DNA of 64,000 bases from Balanoglossus misakiensis (lineage: Eukaryota; Animalia; Hemichordata), in contig CM082594.2 in NCBI GenBank assembly GCA_040954595.2, positions 5,131,319 to 5,195,318 on the forward strand. Direction: 5' to 3'. The notes beneath the pieces are model-generated. The model was not told the origin of the DNA. It was given only the letters and a program-made list of their open reading frames with translations, and ran no database searches. Numbering within the stretch: position 1 is the first letter of the stretch; the number at the start of each line of letters is the position of its first letter. The position numbers and the translations under genes are program-made. Below are positions 27,806 through 41,484 of this stretch, one piece after another.

Positions 27806-29255
27806 ATAGGTTGGCATACTTGTGCATATTTGCAATTTTGAAGAATGTTCTAAACCAACATCATAATCGGTACGCCCCCGCGGTTATTTATCCAGACATC
27901 CTTTCTCGACCTGACCAATCCATCATGCAATATTTAGCCACATTACCACGGAAAGCAGAGTACTTGCCATTCATAGATTTCACCGGGTGGTCACATAAAA
28001 ATGGCAGTTCAACCTTCAAGAATATAACATTTAAAAAGTTTAATATTAAACAAGTCTTTTCAGATTGATGGGAACAGTAAGAATAGGACAAGAAGAAGAC
28101 ATTAAACAATATACTTGAGAGGTTTTTTAAATGCTTCAGCCACCAACTGACTTTTAAAAGGACAAAGTTACTTATCATTGATATTACTTTTGCTTTGTGA
28201 TAATCAAGAAGAAAATAAATAAATGCATAGAAAAATGTGAATACTGTTATTCTCTTTTGTTCATGTCAGTTTTTGTATTTGGCTGAGCGGTTTGTGCAGT
28301 TTTCCTTGCCAAATTAACGGGTAGTAGGTTCACATTTGGATTACATACAGAACAAGTTGATGATCACATAAAATCAATGCTTAAAATGTGGCCAAAATGC
28401 AAATATGTTCATCTTTGGTTCATGTGGCCCTGAGAATATGCAAATTATAGGTCAAAGGTCATTCTTCACAAGATAAGTAAACTTGCAATAAAGCTGTATA
28501 CAAAAATATATACATGTATTCATATAAAGTTCATTTTATGTGGTCTTGATCTTGTAGAAAAATCCACCAACTTTATAGTTTTAAATGGTAACAAACACGA
28601 AATTGCAAGAGAAAATGTCACTAACTTCATTTTCTCAAGTTTTAAAATTTATATACATGAGATAAGGAAATACGACCTCCTACATCCTGTGGCTAAAATG
28701 TAAGAGTAAGATGAACCACCAAATGACTTGACTGAATATTTTGCTACATGTGTGTACTCTGTAAGAGACATTGTTATACACCAGTAGTGTTGAAGTCTGT
28801 CAAATCAGACTAAAAGGTGATCCTAGGCACTGCTGGTTAAAAGATATGGATGACAAAGTGATATATTGAAAATAATAAATATACAAGTCAAGAAAATTAT
28901 TGCAAGAAAAAACTCCAACCCATTTTCCTGTGCTCTTCATGAGTGCAACTTCTCGTTTTTCCTCTCACACCACCATCGTTTGGATCAACCCTATTGTTTT
29001 CAATGGAGTGGCTGGGACAGTCCACTGGAAAATGGGGGTGAGAGCAGACTATAAACAATCCACTGGATAAACAAACAACAGTGAACACATTAAGATATAT
29101 TCAACATATCAGGAATTTTTTATAAGGGTTCCTGGTTCATAAACTTTTAAACATTTGCTACACCACTGCAAACAATATGTTGAAACCAAACTTTTAGGTG
29201 GTGGAGAGATTGCATTCCTGGGTGTAATGCTCAACAACATGTACAACCACCTATT

Positions 29256-32200
29256 TCAGTACATGATTTGCCAGTGAGTTGGCTGTTCACACTCTTCTTT
29301 AGTCTGCTTGTCTCCACAGAATCTGTTGTATGTCTTTTTAGGGTCAAATCCTAAGATTTCCCTTTCATCGTGGATGCGGAATGAAAACGTGGAGACTGAA
29401 GTTCCCATGAAGTACCTAGGCAGCAGAAGTAAAGGAGAGAAAAAAGAGAATCTCAGAACAAAATCTGTATGCATAATTTGTGAACAAAATAACAGGAAAT
29501 TTATCTGAAATTTTATTTAATTCATGTAAGCAGGCACAGTGACTCTGTTGGTTGTAAAACTGGAAATTATCACATACAATGTGATATCTTGATTGATTTG
29601 TATGTCTTGTGGCCAAGCAATGACCAGATGGTCACTTGACAATAAGCCAACACCAGAACACATTGCAGCATACACACTACCGGTACAAGGTAAGACTCAT
29701 ACCTTGCATGAGCACAAATCCACTGGTCAATGATGGCCACTCCACCATCTTTGTACTTCTCATGCAACTCCTCTGGCGGCACATAATGAAACACTTCAGC
29801 CTTGCTTTTGAGATGTTTCTTCAGTTCGTCCAACTCTAAAACACAGGAAAGGAAAACGTGTGAACTTTTAACCCATTCACCATCGTAGTTTGGTCCAAAT
29901 GCATAGTTTTCTATAGTAAAGTTGGACCTCTGTAGACAGAAAAGGGGGTGTGAATGGGGTAACGCTTACACATACAGTAGACTTTTGCTCTGCCTATTTG
30001 CAGTATATAAAGCAGAACAGGTCAAGTGTGGGGAGGACTTTAGCAAAATTAGAAAGGAAGGAGGACTAAACATACCTGCAGGAGCGACAAGTGACAGACG
30101 ATGTGCGACTGGAAATGACGGGACGTCTGGATGACGCGGAAGATTGGCCGAAAAAGTAGGGAGCACTATAGGTGCAGGTATTGCTAAAGTAAAACTACCT
30201 AATCTGACAAAGTAACTACACGTAGGTCTGAAGGGTCACATCAAACAAACTACGCAAGTTGTCCTAATGGCTCCATCTTGAAATACTCCTTGCGCGAGGC
30301 TTGAAAAAAAATTGACGTCGGACTGCCTTAGCGGTAACAAAACACACTGAGCAGGTGATGCCTGGGACTGGCCGATACCCAATTGTACTTGCGATGAAGC
30401 AAGGGGTTTGAGTTAAAACCCTCGTCTGCCGTAAGATCCGAGAGAAGGAACAGCGAAAACTGTGAGCAGTTGGACAAGCTACCAATGCAACATGATGCAG
30501 TCAGGAAGCCATTGCTAACTGCACCTGCACTGCACTGAGATCATCCCAAAGTTCTGTGGCTGTGTCATGGTAGGTGTACAGTATACTACAGTTTGTATAT
30601 GTATGCATATATGCAAATCTTTCAGGGGTGGGGGATGGGAAAACTTTTTATGGGGGTGCGAGGGTTAGAGTGGACATGCACTTACCTTGCTTCGGAGCAT
30701 CTGTAGCCACAAAGAGTTTATCCAGTTTTTCCTCTTTCAAAACTTTCTTGATCTGTTTTGCAGCTTCTTTTAGTGAAGGCACATCTTTCCGGTGGCTGTG
30801 AACAAAGTCTTTCCTTCTGAGATGCACTGCCATGTACGGACCACCTAAAGCTGACCCCGCCTTTGGCTGAAAAAAAGAACTCAGCTAATGTATTCTGTCA
30901 GCTAAAAGTGCCTATACAAGACAATGTTATGGTTCACCTCCAAATTTATGTTCTGCCTTCATATTGATGTCTTGCAGAATAATGCATTTGAGCCAATCAG
31001 AATGAGTGTCTTATGATGGCAATAATTGTAATCATTCACTATACTGAAACAAAAGTCTGTATCAAGCAACATACATACACATACCTTCATTTCACGCCAA
31101 TCATCTATCAACACAGTCTTGTCTCTCTCATCATCCGAGTCTAAGTACTGTTTTCGAAACTCATTGGCAATGTCCCGCAGTTGTTTGGAAAATCTCATGC
31201 TCCGCCTTGCCTGTAAGTCAAAGAAGAACCTTTTATTTTTGTGTTCATATTTCTGTGAAATATCTCGCATTTATAAGTTAAGTATGTGAAAAATAACACA
31301 AATATTCATTTACACTTTAACATTGCTGCAGTTGATACACTTTGAAAAATATAGTATATAAACATTAACGAAATAGTTATGCTAATGGTGAATCAAACAA
31401 CAATTTGCTTCTAGTTAAACCATAATCCCATAATAATGGATCCTACTTTACTGAAAACAAACACAAAAAGCAGAGTGCAAAGGGGTGCGGTCAAAGAATA
31501 GTACCATTGAAAGCAACAACTTACATCCCAATAATCTTTTTGGCCATAGCTATCATGTAAAACTTCTTCAGCACGATCAATGAACACAGATCTAAAGCGG
31601 AAGAGACAACAGATCAACATAACAATCATTTCACGGATATTTAACTTACACTCCAATAGTCTTGTCCTCCGAACTGATCATGGTGGACTTTCTCTGCCCT
31701 GTCTATGAAGATGGATCTGTAGTAAATTTAGTTCAGCAGATGTGTTAAACCAAAAGCACACAGAGGCAATATTATTGATATGGTAAAAACATTAAGGTTA
31801 CACTGAAGGATTTGATGTGCTTGTCAGTAGTTATTGTTGAGAAGATCCAAGCTGCTGCATGTGAAAAATCTTGATGTTCCATGGATAAATGACCAACCCC
31901 CACACTAATATTCCCCCCTTTCTAACTCTGGAGTTAGCAGCCGAGACAACAGTGCATCATACTAGCTTCTTGGATACCTTCATTTTAACAAAAAATGCAA
32001 ATCACCAACTTTACCTGGCAGTTGTGTTTAACAGAAACGGGGCAAGTATCCCAGCAAATCCTTGAACAGAAAGACATCTGAAGTTTCTAGCAAATGCTTC
32101 TGTGTAACCCCAGAAGAATCCTTTGTAGACCCCAGATGAGTCTCTCCTGTACACGGGCGGATCTATACAGTCTCTCTCGTCCAATTTTTCCTCCCATTTT

Positions 32201-33427
32201 CCATTTGTCCATCCTTCTTTGTACCTCTGGAGATAGAAGAGTTCATCTATGGCTGCTTCTCCAGTTTCTAATCAAGAAAATAAAATAAAAATGTTAGTTT
32301 TCTTTCCCTACTTCCCATCTTCATTAGGATACATATACTCTACTTATGACGTAACTTACAAACACATGCAAAAACAATAATAAACCTAATTTGAAATAAA
32401 GATCATTTTCACTCAAACTAAGCAGATTTTGTGTAAGGTCTATGTCAACTGAAAATGTTATTTCCTTCTTATGATATTTTTTAACCTTACCTTTTATGAA
32501 ATCCTCAAATTCAATGACTGGCACATGTTTGCTCATGCTGCCCAAGTCAAAAAACATCGACCAGGGCAGTTTCATTTGATCAAGGTGGTACGACTGCCAG
32601 TGGTATATTCGACCCCAAGGAGGTAGGACCAAAATCCATTCTTCGGTCTGTCGAAGTTTTTTGACCAGATTAGAAACCCTCATGTAGACATCTCTCCTCA
32701 AATTGAACCCTTCACCAGGGTTGACATCATATAACAAGAACCTACAGGAAAATAGAAAGAGATCTGGATTCACAAAACATGTCTTTGGCAGCACAAGTAC
32801 ATGTACATTTCAAACACACTTGGTTTGTTAGATAACAGACATTTTTGCTTGTGGAATGTTAGAGGGTTAGACATTAATCCCACTTTGCCACCAATTTCTT
32901 GGCCTTTTCAGAGAGAAAAATCAGGAAGACTGTCTCCGCGAATGAAGCTCTGCGGGCAGACTGTTTCGATCCAGTCTTGTGTACTGGTGGTGAAAAGTAA
33001 AAGTTAAAAACTTCATCTGTTCACCCTCACAGATCACACTGTATTGAGAAGTGAGGGTGTGGCTACAGGCACATTTACTAAGATTCAATTGTTATGTTGT
33101 TCCAATAACAATTCGTTGTGTGACCAATTTGTTGTATGACCGACGTTACAGGGACTATGAGGACAAACGCCCAATGGTTATGAATGAATGACGTAAGCTA
33201 TCGTAACGAGTCGAAACTGTAGTCCCGGACTGTAGTACATCTCTATCAATATACTCCACGGCCTAAACTTACCTTCTCGGTTTCGCCACACCAACGTTAA
33301 GAGTCTGTTGAGTTCCCGGTTGAAATTCTAACACTTGACCGGGCTCATGAGCAGTTGCGTGCAATATTGCGCTCACAAACGCCAAATATAAGACGAGAAT
33401 CGGACCTTCGCGTGAAAGGGAAGCCAT
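29256..33427 (-). CDS. POFUT2: GDP-fucose protein O-fucosyltransferase 2, ~441 aa
   Basis: 8 exons: 33427-33273, 32741-32491, 32267-32015, 31591-31525, 31210-31085, 30866-30686, 29835-29703, 29415-29256 (1326 nt). Motifs: [110 protein letters not shown]. Confidence 0.97.
29868..29962. mobile_element. ~90 bp MITE-like element with (T)TAACCC...GGGTTAA-like ends; related copies at ~56014-56106, ~58463-58554 (inverted) and a degenerate one at ~28965-29045
   Basis: Copies share TTCACCA..TAGTT..GTCCAAA...TTTTCTAT.GTAA.G.TGGACC and end in inverted CCC.TTCA/TGAA.GGG next to TTAA-like sequence (piggyBac-like ends). Confidence 0.6.
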
Positions 33428-34080
33428 TTTGAAAATTATCCTTCTGGTGCGCATGTGTAGAATATTTGACCAATCAGGACACAGAACAAAAGTCGTCGTC
33501 TGCCACTTGACTGGGCTGGACTACGCGGTGGGAAACATTGAGCTCTATATTCGAACATTTACCAAAATAATCGGTAACGACAGGAGAAATATTAACATTA
33601 TGAAAACGCCCAAACCCTTTCAGAAGTCAGTTGAGTATTTAATTTAGCACGGACTGATAGTTTGATTGAATTTTCCAGTCTGAGCCCAGAGCCTGGTCAA
33701 GCCGAAAACGCCACCTGCCGTCACTCGCGAGTACCAACAAAAAGGCGTATACGAGACACTTATAATTCCCAGTAGCCTAACTGCGTCTTTTGGATATAAG
33801 GCCCATATTATCACAATATAGATCCAGATCTTAAACTCACTCTTTTAAGTACATACAAGTAGGGCCTATAGCCTATTAGTGTCGACATTTCAACCCAGAA
33901 GCTTAGTGTCAGTTTGCACTATTCATTGGGGATTTGCCGATCAGAACGCAAGAAGTCTTACTTCAGCTGTCAGTTTTGCAGCCATATTCTTGATCCGCTA
34001 AATGCACTATCACAGTGTATTTTGTAAACTTTAATTTAACAAGCCTATTAAAAAGATAGTCTTAGCCTACATCAGTCAGT

Positions 34081-34209
<129 letters not shown>

Positions 34210-37061
34210 AATCCATGAAAACATTGTAAACATAAAAAAAACACTTCCCATAGTTGAGTCACTCTGGCGATGGGGTGAAAATCCCGAAGGCTTACATATA
34301 TGCCTACACAGACCTACAAGGTGACAGAAATCACACGCCTATTAGCCTGACGTCCATTGATTGGAATAAACTGCCGATGCAGCACAGAAACAGGCCTGGG
34401 CCTAGATGTAATAATTTGCGAAACATTTAACGGATGTGACGATGTTTACATGTTCTGTTTGGCCGTTGTTAAAAGAGAAGGGTCTAAGTGGCGATGAATC
34501 ATCGGTCTCGTCGTTAACTGTCTCGTAAAAGGTCCAGCAGTCACACACAGATGCAGGCATTTTCTCATTTCTGCTCGACAGTGGCGCGAACAAATTACTG
34601 CAAATATCAGTGTTTTTTTCTAAATTCATACGCCTGGGGAGCAACCCAGAAGTATTGCAAATTCGCAGACAACGACTGCTGAATAGTAAATTTAAGCAGC
34701 TTGCCTCGTAGATGGGTAAATCATAAGACTCCTATTCTATTCCCCGATACATCACGTGACTTCGAGCAAACTCGCCCCATTTTACTATTTTCCAGAGCCT
34801 GGAATACTTACAAAAATAACATGACAATATCAGACGCATTGCCAATGTGCACCCGTATAAATTCTTAGCGCAGTAACCCCACTAAATGCAATTATGTGGA
34901 TAGGATGAATTGTTTCTCCCTCCCTCCCCTCCCACCCTCGCCCACACTCTCTCTCCCCTCTCCTCCTCTTTTTGTTTATTCCTCTGTCTAACGATGAGAT
35001 TACGAGAAGCATATGCATTCAGCCAATTCAATCCAATCCAATCATTTTCCGTTCTGTAATTTATGACCATCAGACCTATAAATCTACCACTAGCTCGCAG
35101 TATGATGGATCGTTGACTGGCATGAACATAATGCAATGAAAGGAATTACAGCATAATTGATACCATACAGGCACATTGAATCGTTTAAAATCCCATTTAT
35201 GTTTCAATATCCGAACTGTTTCTTAGAATTTTATTGGAAATCGCTAGTTTTTTTTTTCAAGAGGTGCGTCACTACCTTCATTAAATATCGTGCCGCATCA
35301 ATCACTGTGTTGTAAATTCTTTCCTTTGTTTGATTTTTTTTGAGCGAAGTCTAAAAGTTACACTTATCTTCTGGCGGACATGTTTAGTTGTTGGTGACCA
35401 AACACAGTCACCGCGCACAGGCAGTTTCGTGCTGTTTAGAGAAATTGGGTTCATTCATGATCCAATTAAAGATAGGGACAGTCAGTTCATTGCCTTAAGA
35501 TTTATTTGCATCAAGAATAGGTGAAATCCAGGAACAGAAAACCCAGATATTGGGAAAAACTGTAACTATAGTAACAGTAAAGTGTAATTTCTATGTACAG
35601 CCAGTCAAAATCAACGGAGAGAGAAAGACTTGTATCGCCAAACTACAAAATAAATTGTACTTATCGTGATAGCTCTGGGTGAGGGGATAATAGCCAAATC
35701 TACGTCAGGGCAGACGTGCAGACACACGGCACATTGTTACACCTATCTCAAAGGTATTGTATGAAAAACGGAGAGGTAATGGTTTTACGTTCAGAAAACT
35801 TTTCGCCATTTTCTTTATGCAACTTGGAGTAGTGAAAAATATTTCGAGATTCGTCTTAAAACTTCAGCTTGAGGATAAGGACGGCTTCGTTTGACATTCC
35901 AGCGGCAAAATACTCTAGCGAATTCTAGCGGATATGGATCAAAATTAAGCAAGTATTTAAACGCTGTGATTGGATTTGCACAAAGGGTGTCGTGTTATAA
36001 ATCTAAGCAAAAAAACGTTTACGACAACCGGTCATCGAAGCTTTTATATATAACCCTGCTAAGAACAAGTAAGTGTTCATAAATAAGACCAATCAGTGAT
36101 ATTGATATTGGTCACGTGGTAGTCACGCGCAAAAAGGTAAATTTTCTTTGAAGAGGGTTTAATGATCTTTTTGTCAAAACGGACTCTATTACCTATCAAC
36201 AAACTAAATGAGGTCTGTACTATTTCGCCATTCACCATGGTTTCTGACGTCATGTTTCCCGGAACTTAAACTGGCTTTAGGCCACACAGCATCAAACGAT
36301 CTGAAAATCCGCGTATCATACGAGGTTTAATAATCTATGCAGCCATATATGCATTTTTATATCACCGATCAGTATGTCCTCGTTTTTATAATTCTAATTT
36401 CAAGATTATGACTCGTTTTAATATGCCCCCTGCAAGCATGACATAAGTCTGGTAGTGATATCGTGTTAAGTCCGTTGAATTAGAAAAATAGTAAAATATT
36501 CTTTCTCCCCGAATCATTCACGACCCGAAACCTTCGAAATATATTAACATGAATGGAGTTCTTTTATTTTCTTAAAAATAAAAACAGAAAATCTTTTCCC
36601 GGCACTTCACGTCTTCCTAAATCAAATTGTAGGGGTTATAGTTGTCTTCACTGGTACCGCTTGAAAAACTGCTGGAGAAAGCGGTCGTATTGGTCTGCAA
36701 AAGAAAGAAAACAATTATATGTCACACAACAGTCGTAACAAGCATACGTGACTGTACTTTCAATCAAACGATTATGATAGTCACAACAAACGTTGTGTAC
36801 AAATGCACAGTTTGGTATTAAACCGAGGCGAGGTGCTTCCGTCAAAACAGGGGTAATCGAATCAGGGCGCACGCGCATTTCCCTCGTGTCAAGATGGGCC
36901 ACAGCATATAGTAAAAACACTTCAGCGATGCAAACCTCTAAAGCAGTTCCTTTAATCTGTTTTGAAAGAGTGACAACTTTCTGTCACAGTGACTTAAGCG
37001 TCGTAATTGGCCGTCAGAGGCTCTCGTCAAAAAAGCGGGAATGAATGCAAAACTGCAAGGT

Positions 37062-38985
37062 TCACAAACCTTCGAAATCTTTGTCCATTTCTGAAGGATA
37101 TCCGACTTCTTGGAAGGGACCTTCATAGGATCTTCCATACCTAGAATGGAGCGAAGCGAAGAGAATTATGTCAAATTTGCAATTACTCGACATATTTCAT
37201 ACTTATCAGCCAGTGGAAGTTGGGCGAGGTCTTAAAACCAAGATGAAGTCAGAATGTGAAGTAGCAGACTACGGCAGCGTTCCCATGACAACTTTTCGTG
37301 GAAAGTAACCTAATCTGATCAAAAGTTGCATCCAAATACTTATGTCATTTTTTCACTGCCAATGTATGCGTGGCGACACATAATCTCTCAGTGGAGATGG
37401 TGCATCTGTTCAGCGAGAACAACAATGTATAGCTACACTTATTGATATGATCGATCAGTACTGGGACAGTTATACCACTGGACATTTATCCCGGCCCTAG
37501 CAAACTTGTAGACTTGAAACGTGCGCCGAGATGAAGAAATATTCCCACTGCGTTTCATATCTGTCAAGTTTCTCAGAGGAAATATCATCACCGAGTTTAA
37601 TGCATCGAAATGCGAGTTTTATGAGCGGAGAAGGATTCGTACACGGTGGAAAACAGCTTTCCGTTGATGTGTGTAATTTCTAGGAGTGACATTTCGCTGT
37701 TTGTTCGGCGTGACAGCGCCACATTTATAACCACTGCGAGATTTCCAAGCGCCCGTTTTCCCGCCATAACTACATCCTGCGCGTGAAAAGCAGGTGTTTG
37801 CCTCAATTGGCGGACGATAACAACTCGAGAACACTTCATGACGTGATCATGTGCGCCAGAAAGCAGGAATTTCAGGTACCACAAGACAGTTATGGATAAT
37901 TCAAGCGCAATGAAAACCGAAATAACTGGAATCGCTGTTATTATACCACAAAACATCAAATTTGGCTCATGAAACTCATTACATTGTAATTGTACTTGCA
38001 CCTGAAATCAAAGTCATTTGGATTGTAAAACGGCTATGTAGTGAGATTTTAATTTTTTTTCAAAGGAGAGAAAAATATAATTGGAATCATAATTCATTTA
38101 CACGTTGTATAGAAGGATATTGTTTAACTGAATTCACAGGGGAATAACGAATGCTGAAGTTGTGAAGGAATTCGCATTTAAGCAAAACAAACCATTCCGT
38201 GCACAGTGTGAGATAGACACCAGGCCGGATGGAAGCTACTAAATATGAAAAATGACTTAAAAACCGCATAACGTCCAACTGGATGTATAATAGAAAGCGA
38301 CTTCCATATAGGAAATTCAGGGTACAAGTCACTAAGAAATTTGAGAAAAATTGAAATACCACAGCCTTTCAACACCGTGATATATCGGCTATCAGGCACG
38401 GAAATGGGCGGTACACTGTGGTCGAATAAAAAACAATCAAGGTTCACCTGTTCGCCGAGAAGATAAGGATGCATTTCGTTTAAAGTCACTGCCTCGGCAG
38501 ATGGGGACCGAAGAAGCCGGGCAGAAGATATGTGATCTGAAATCTCATCGCCCATTAAATTTGTCAAACTAATCACTGGATTTACGACTTTTAATTGTCA
38601 GGTGACATTTGTCACTCGATCAATAATCTCTAGCCCACCTGAAGAATAAATACATGCGCAGGTATAGGAGCGATAATGAAAATATTTAATAGCTGGCGAT
38701 CCATCTATATGGGGATAATGAGGATAGCGGGGCGCAGATGCGGTGCTTTCCTCACCAACAATACCCAGGAATTAATCGGTGTTGAGAGATACAAGTAAAT
38801 ACAAAAAAGGGCCCGGCTTACCTTTGTTTGCCGCAGTATCGGAGATAACTGACGACATCGGAGACGTATTCGGCTAGGGATTGCTTGGCACCTTTTTTCG
38901 GCTGATTGCCGCAGACTATAGTGGCGGCCGCTTGGTGAATAAACAGGCCGATGCAAACGACCAGGATTACCCGACAGTTCTTCAT
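37062..38985 (-). CDS. Neuropeptide Y/F-type precursor 2 (Cys-containing), ~80 aa: MKNCRVILVVCIGLFIHQAAA|TIVCGNQPKKGAKQSLAEYVSDVVSYLRYCGKQRY|GR|SYEGPFQEVGYPSEMDKDFEGL
   Basis: Exon 38985-38822 has a signal peptide and ends CAA AG|gtaagc (phase 2 inside the Arg codon). Exon 37140-37062 follows a strong acceptor (ttctcttcgcttcgctccattctag) and reads G TAT GGA AGA = R-Y-G-R. The split-Arg intron, QRY-G-R amidation signal and Tyr spacing (Y20, Y27 equivalents) are NPY/NPF hallmarks. The 3' end may instead splice at GAAG|gtttgt (37070). Confidence 0.8.
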
Positions 38986-40325
38986 AATGACAGCGTTGAT
39001 ACCCGTTTCTATCTGTCTTAAGAAGGAAGACATAAACTCCGTCAGACTTTTATCTAGCCACCCAATTACGGCGAGATTGCAACCACTGGCGTCACACGAC
39101 CGCGTAAGCTCCCCACTGTGCGACGTTTTAATCCCCCTCCGCATCAGAGGGGAGACGATATACGTTTAACTCGTGTAGTATACGCGAGGGGGTCTGAAGA
39201 AAGGGGGACTCGCTATAGTGAGTCTTCATCATGCAAATCTGGATAATATCGGCTTGTCTGAAATTTATAATACGTCGCGCAAGTATCAATACAGAGTCGA
39301 TAAATTTGTCTTATCTTTGTGGAAATGTCACAGGTCTCTGCTAACAACTGCATTATTGCCTACGAAAGTCCCCCTCACTGTCATTTCATCTTACTTGTAT
39401 ACCAATTCATTGGATATTTATATGGCACGTCTCGGGTAAGATTAAACGCCCGTTGCAGCGTATATTTCTCTCGCCTTATTTCAGAAGCGAATTCCTCCCG
39501 AGTTTGTTTTGCTCAGCCAAACAAGGGAAGACGCAAATTACTGAGACAGTAACTTTGCTTTCGGCAATTTTTCAGTATTTTATTCTGTCAACTACACAGT
39601 TTCTCGTTCTGTTCTCCAAAGCCCGCTTCGATTATTTATTAAAACATGAGAATTCCATAACACACTTCCAATTTCACTGTGTTACAGTAAACCCGTATAT
39701 GCTCTGCGCGAGGCAAGAGTATTTACGGTGTATAGTGGTTCGAATGGTTTGTGATAATAGTATCATGAATTTAGCTTACATTGCTGTTCTACTTCATTGT
39801 GATTATTTCGCAAAAAAGTGAACTTGAAAAGTGTCATTCAGCCCCGAGTCAAATCAATATTAGGCGATAAAGGCGGATTTCGTCGACAACTTTTAAACGG
39901 TTCGGAGCATCTTGGAGAGTCTCTCTAAGCCATTTTCTAATTTTATCGCTATAATTCAAGGACTCCTAAAAATCGTGTGTCGCGAGCGCGGCAATTATTG
40001 CAATATTAATCTGACATTTCTCCTTCGACCGTGCGAGCGAGAAACGGCGTCAACCGGGGCAGTGAACATGACTTGAGACCGCCGCGAAAACAGGCGTTAC
40101 CCGCAAATGGCCGGCAGTTAAACGACGTTGTCTTTGGGGCATGGTACGTGGTACGCACGTGTTGATTAGCAATCCCGGCCTACCTTCCACTACCAACAGC
40201 ATGCAGCCATCATACACAAATTGCCATAAAAATACACAAATTGCAATAAAAAGTGCTATTTCCGCCCGTTTCCTTCCATTTTCTTTGAGAGTCAATGCCA
40301 ACCCGACAAAATTGACACCGCGTGT

Positions 40326-40787
40326 GTGTACCCTCAGACCCCAAATTGCGAGCGTCTCCTCGCCTCCGGCGAACTGAAGTTTTTGCGGTACATTTGCACT
40401 GACCTTCGACGGAGTCAGAATTATCACTTGCCACCAATTGAAAAAACAACAACTGCCCGTTACGTTGCAAAACGTATGGAGATTATCACCGTGTGGGTAA
40501 GTTTGCGGCAATAAAATATTGATGAGAATTTGTTCCGGGAATTTAGTCACAAAAATTTACACTGTGCATGTGTACCTTCAGATCCCAAATTGCCAGCGTC
40601 TCCTCCGGCGAACTGCAGTTTTCGCAGAACATTTGCACTGACCTTCGACGGAGTCAGAATTATCACTTGCCACCAATTGAAAAAACAACAACTGCCCGTT
40701 ACGTTGCAAAACGTATGGAGATTATCACCGTGTGGGTAAGTTTGCGGCAATAAAACATTGATGAGTATTTGTTCCGGGAATTTAGTC
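40326..40787. repeat. Near-identical tandem duplication, two ~240 bp units
   Basis: CATTTGCACTGACCTTCGACGGAGTCAGAATTATCACTTGCC...TTGTTCCGGGAATTTAGTC occurs at ~40391-40548 and ~40630-40787; the ORF track shows the same peptide twice. Confidence 0.93.
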
Positions 40788-41339
40788 GCATGAAGTGCTG
40801 AACACATGTAAAGTGCATTTATGCGCAATTATACAATAAACCTTTTAGTACATGGTTATAACGTAAATTGCATTCAACGCGGTTAAAAGAAATAAGCCTC
40901 ACAGGATGCTAATATATCACATTGTTATTTAGTTCGGATTTTGAACATTTTCATCTCGCCTTGTAGGTTGTAGACTCATTTCAACCGACAAATGTAATAT
41001 GTTTTATGAACACACAATCAACGTACCAGGAATTTGAATTGGTCATGGCAGACACATTTTTGTTAATGGCCGTATTGAGCAAACAACCTGTTGCAGCCGA
41101 CGACGACAAAATAAACTGGTTTCAAACTGCAATTGGGAATTTATCAAATTCAATTTACAGAGCAATCTCGTCGTAGCGTTAAGATTAATCCTGGCCGTAA
41201 TGGTACGTCACATAAACGTGGAGGGTCGGAAAGCAGTTGGGTTCGTTTCGAAGGGTAAGGTTATGTCTCTTTGTGAAGACAGTACGACGGAGCCACATCA
41301 GCAAACGAGGAATAAAACGATGAAGACAGCTAGACTTAC

Positions 41340-41484
41340 CTCTACCCTGAAGCTTGGCCCTGTTTATCTGAAGTTTAAAGGCTTCTCTGGTGACAGCAGG
41401 TAGCGCAGCGAGCAATATAAAAAAGTTGCAAATAAGCCGCGGGTATATCTTACTTTAATTGGTGCTCATGATAAGGCTTATATA
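41340..41484 (-). promoter_or_regulatory. Putative TATA box and non-coding first exon of NPY-type gene 2
   Basis: Minus-strand TATATAA at 41484-41478 and strong donor GAG|gtaagt at 41340/41339. It would splice to the acceptor tcttccttcttaagacag before 39012, which lies 27 nt upstream of the ATG. Confidence 0.5.

Noticed and set aside
34402-36301. Candidate extra 3' exons for NPY-type gene 2 (acceptors near 36301 and 34519)
   Set aside because: Cannot be distinguished from chance; the in-frame stop at 37062 is the simpler model without transcript data.
40050-40828. Repeated peptide ORFs or a CRISPR-like array
   Set aside because: Only two long units and no short repeat-spacer pattern; eukaryotic context.
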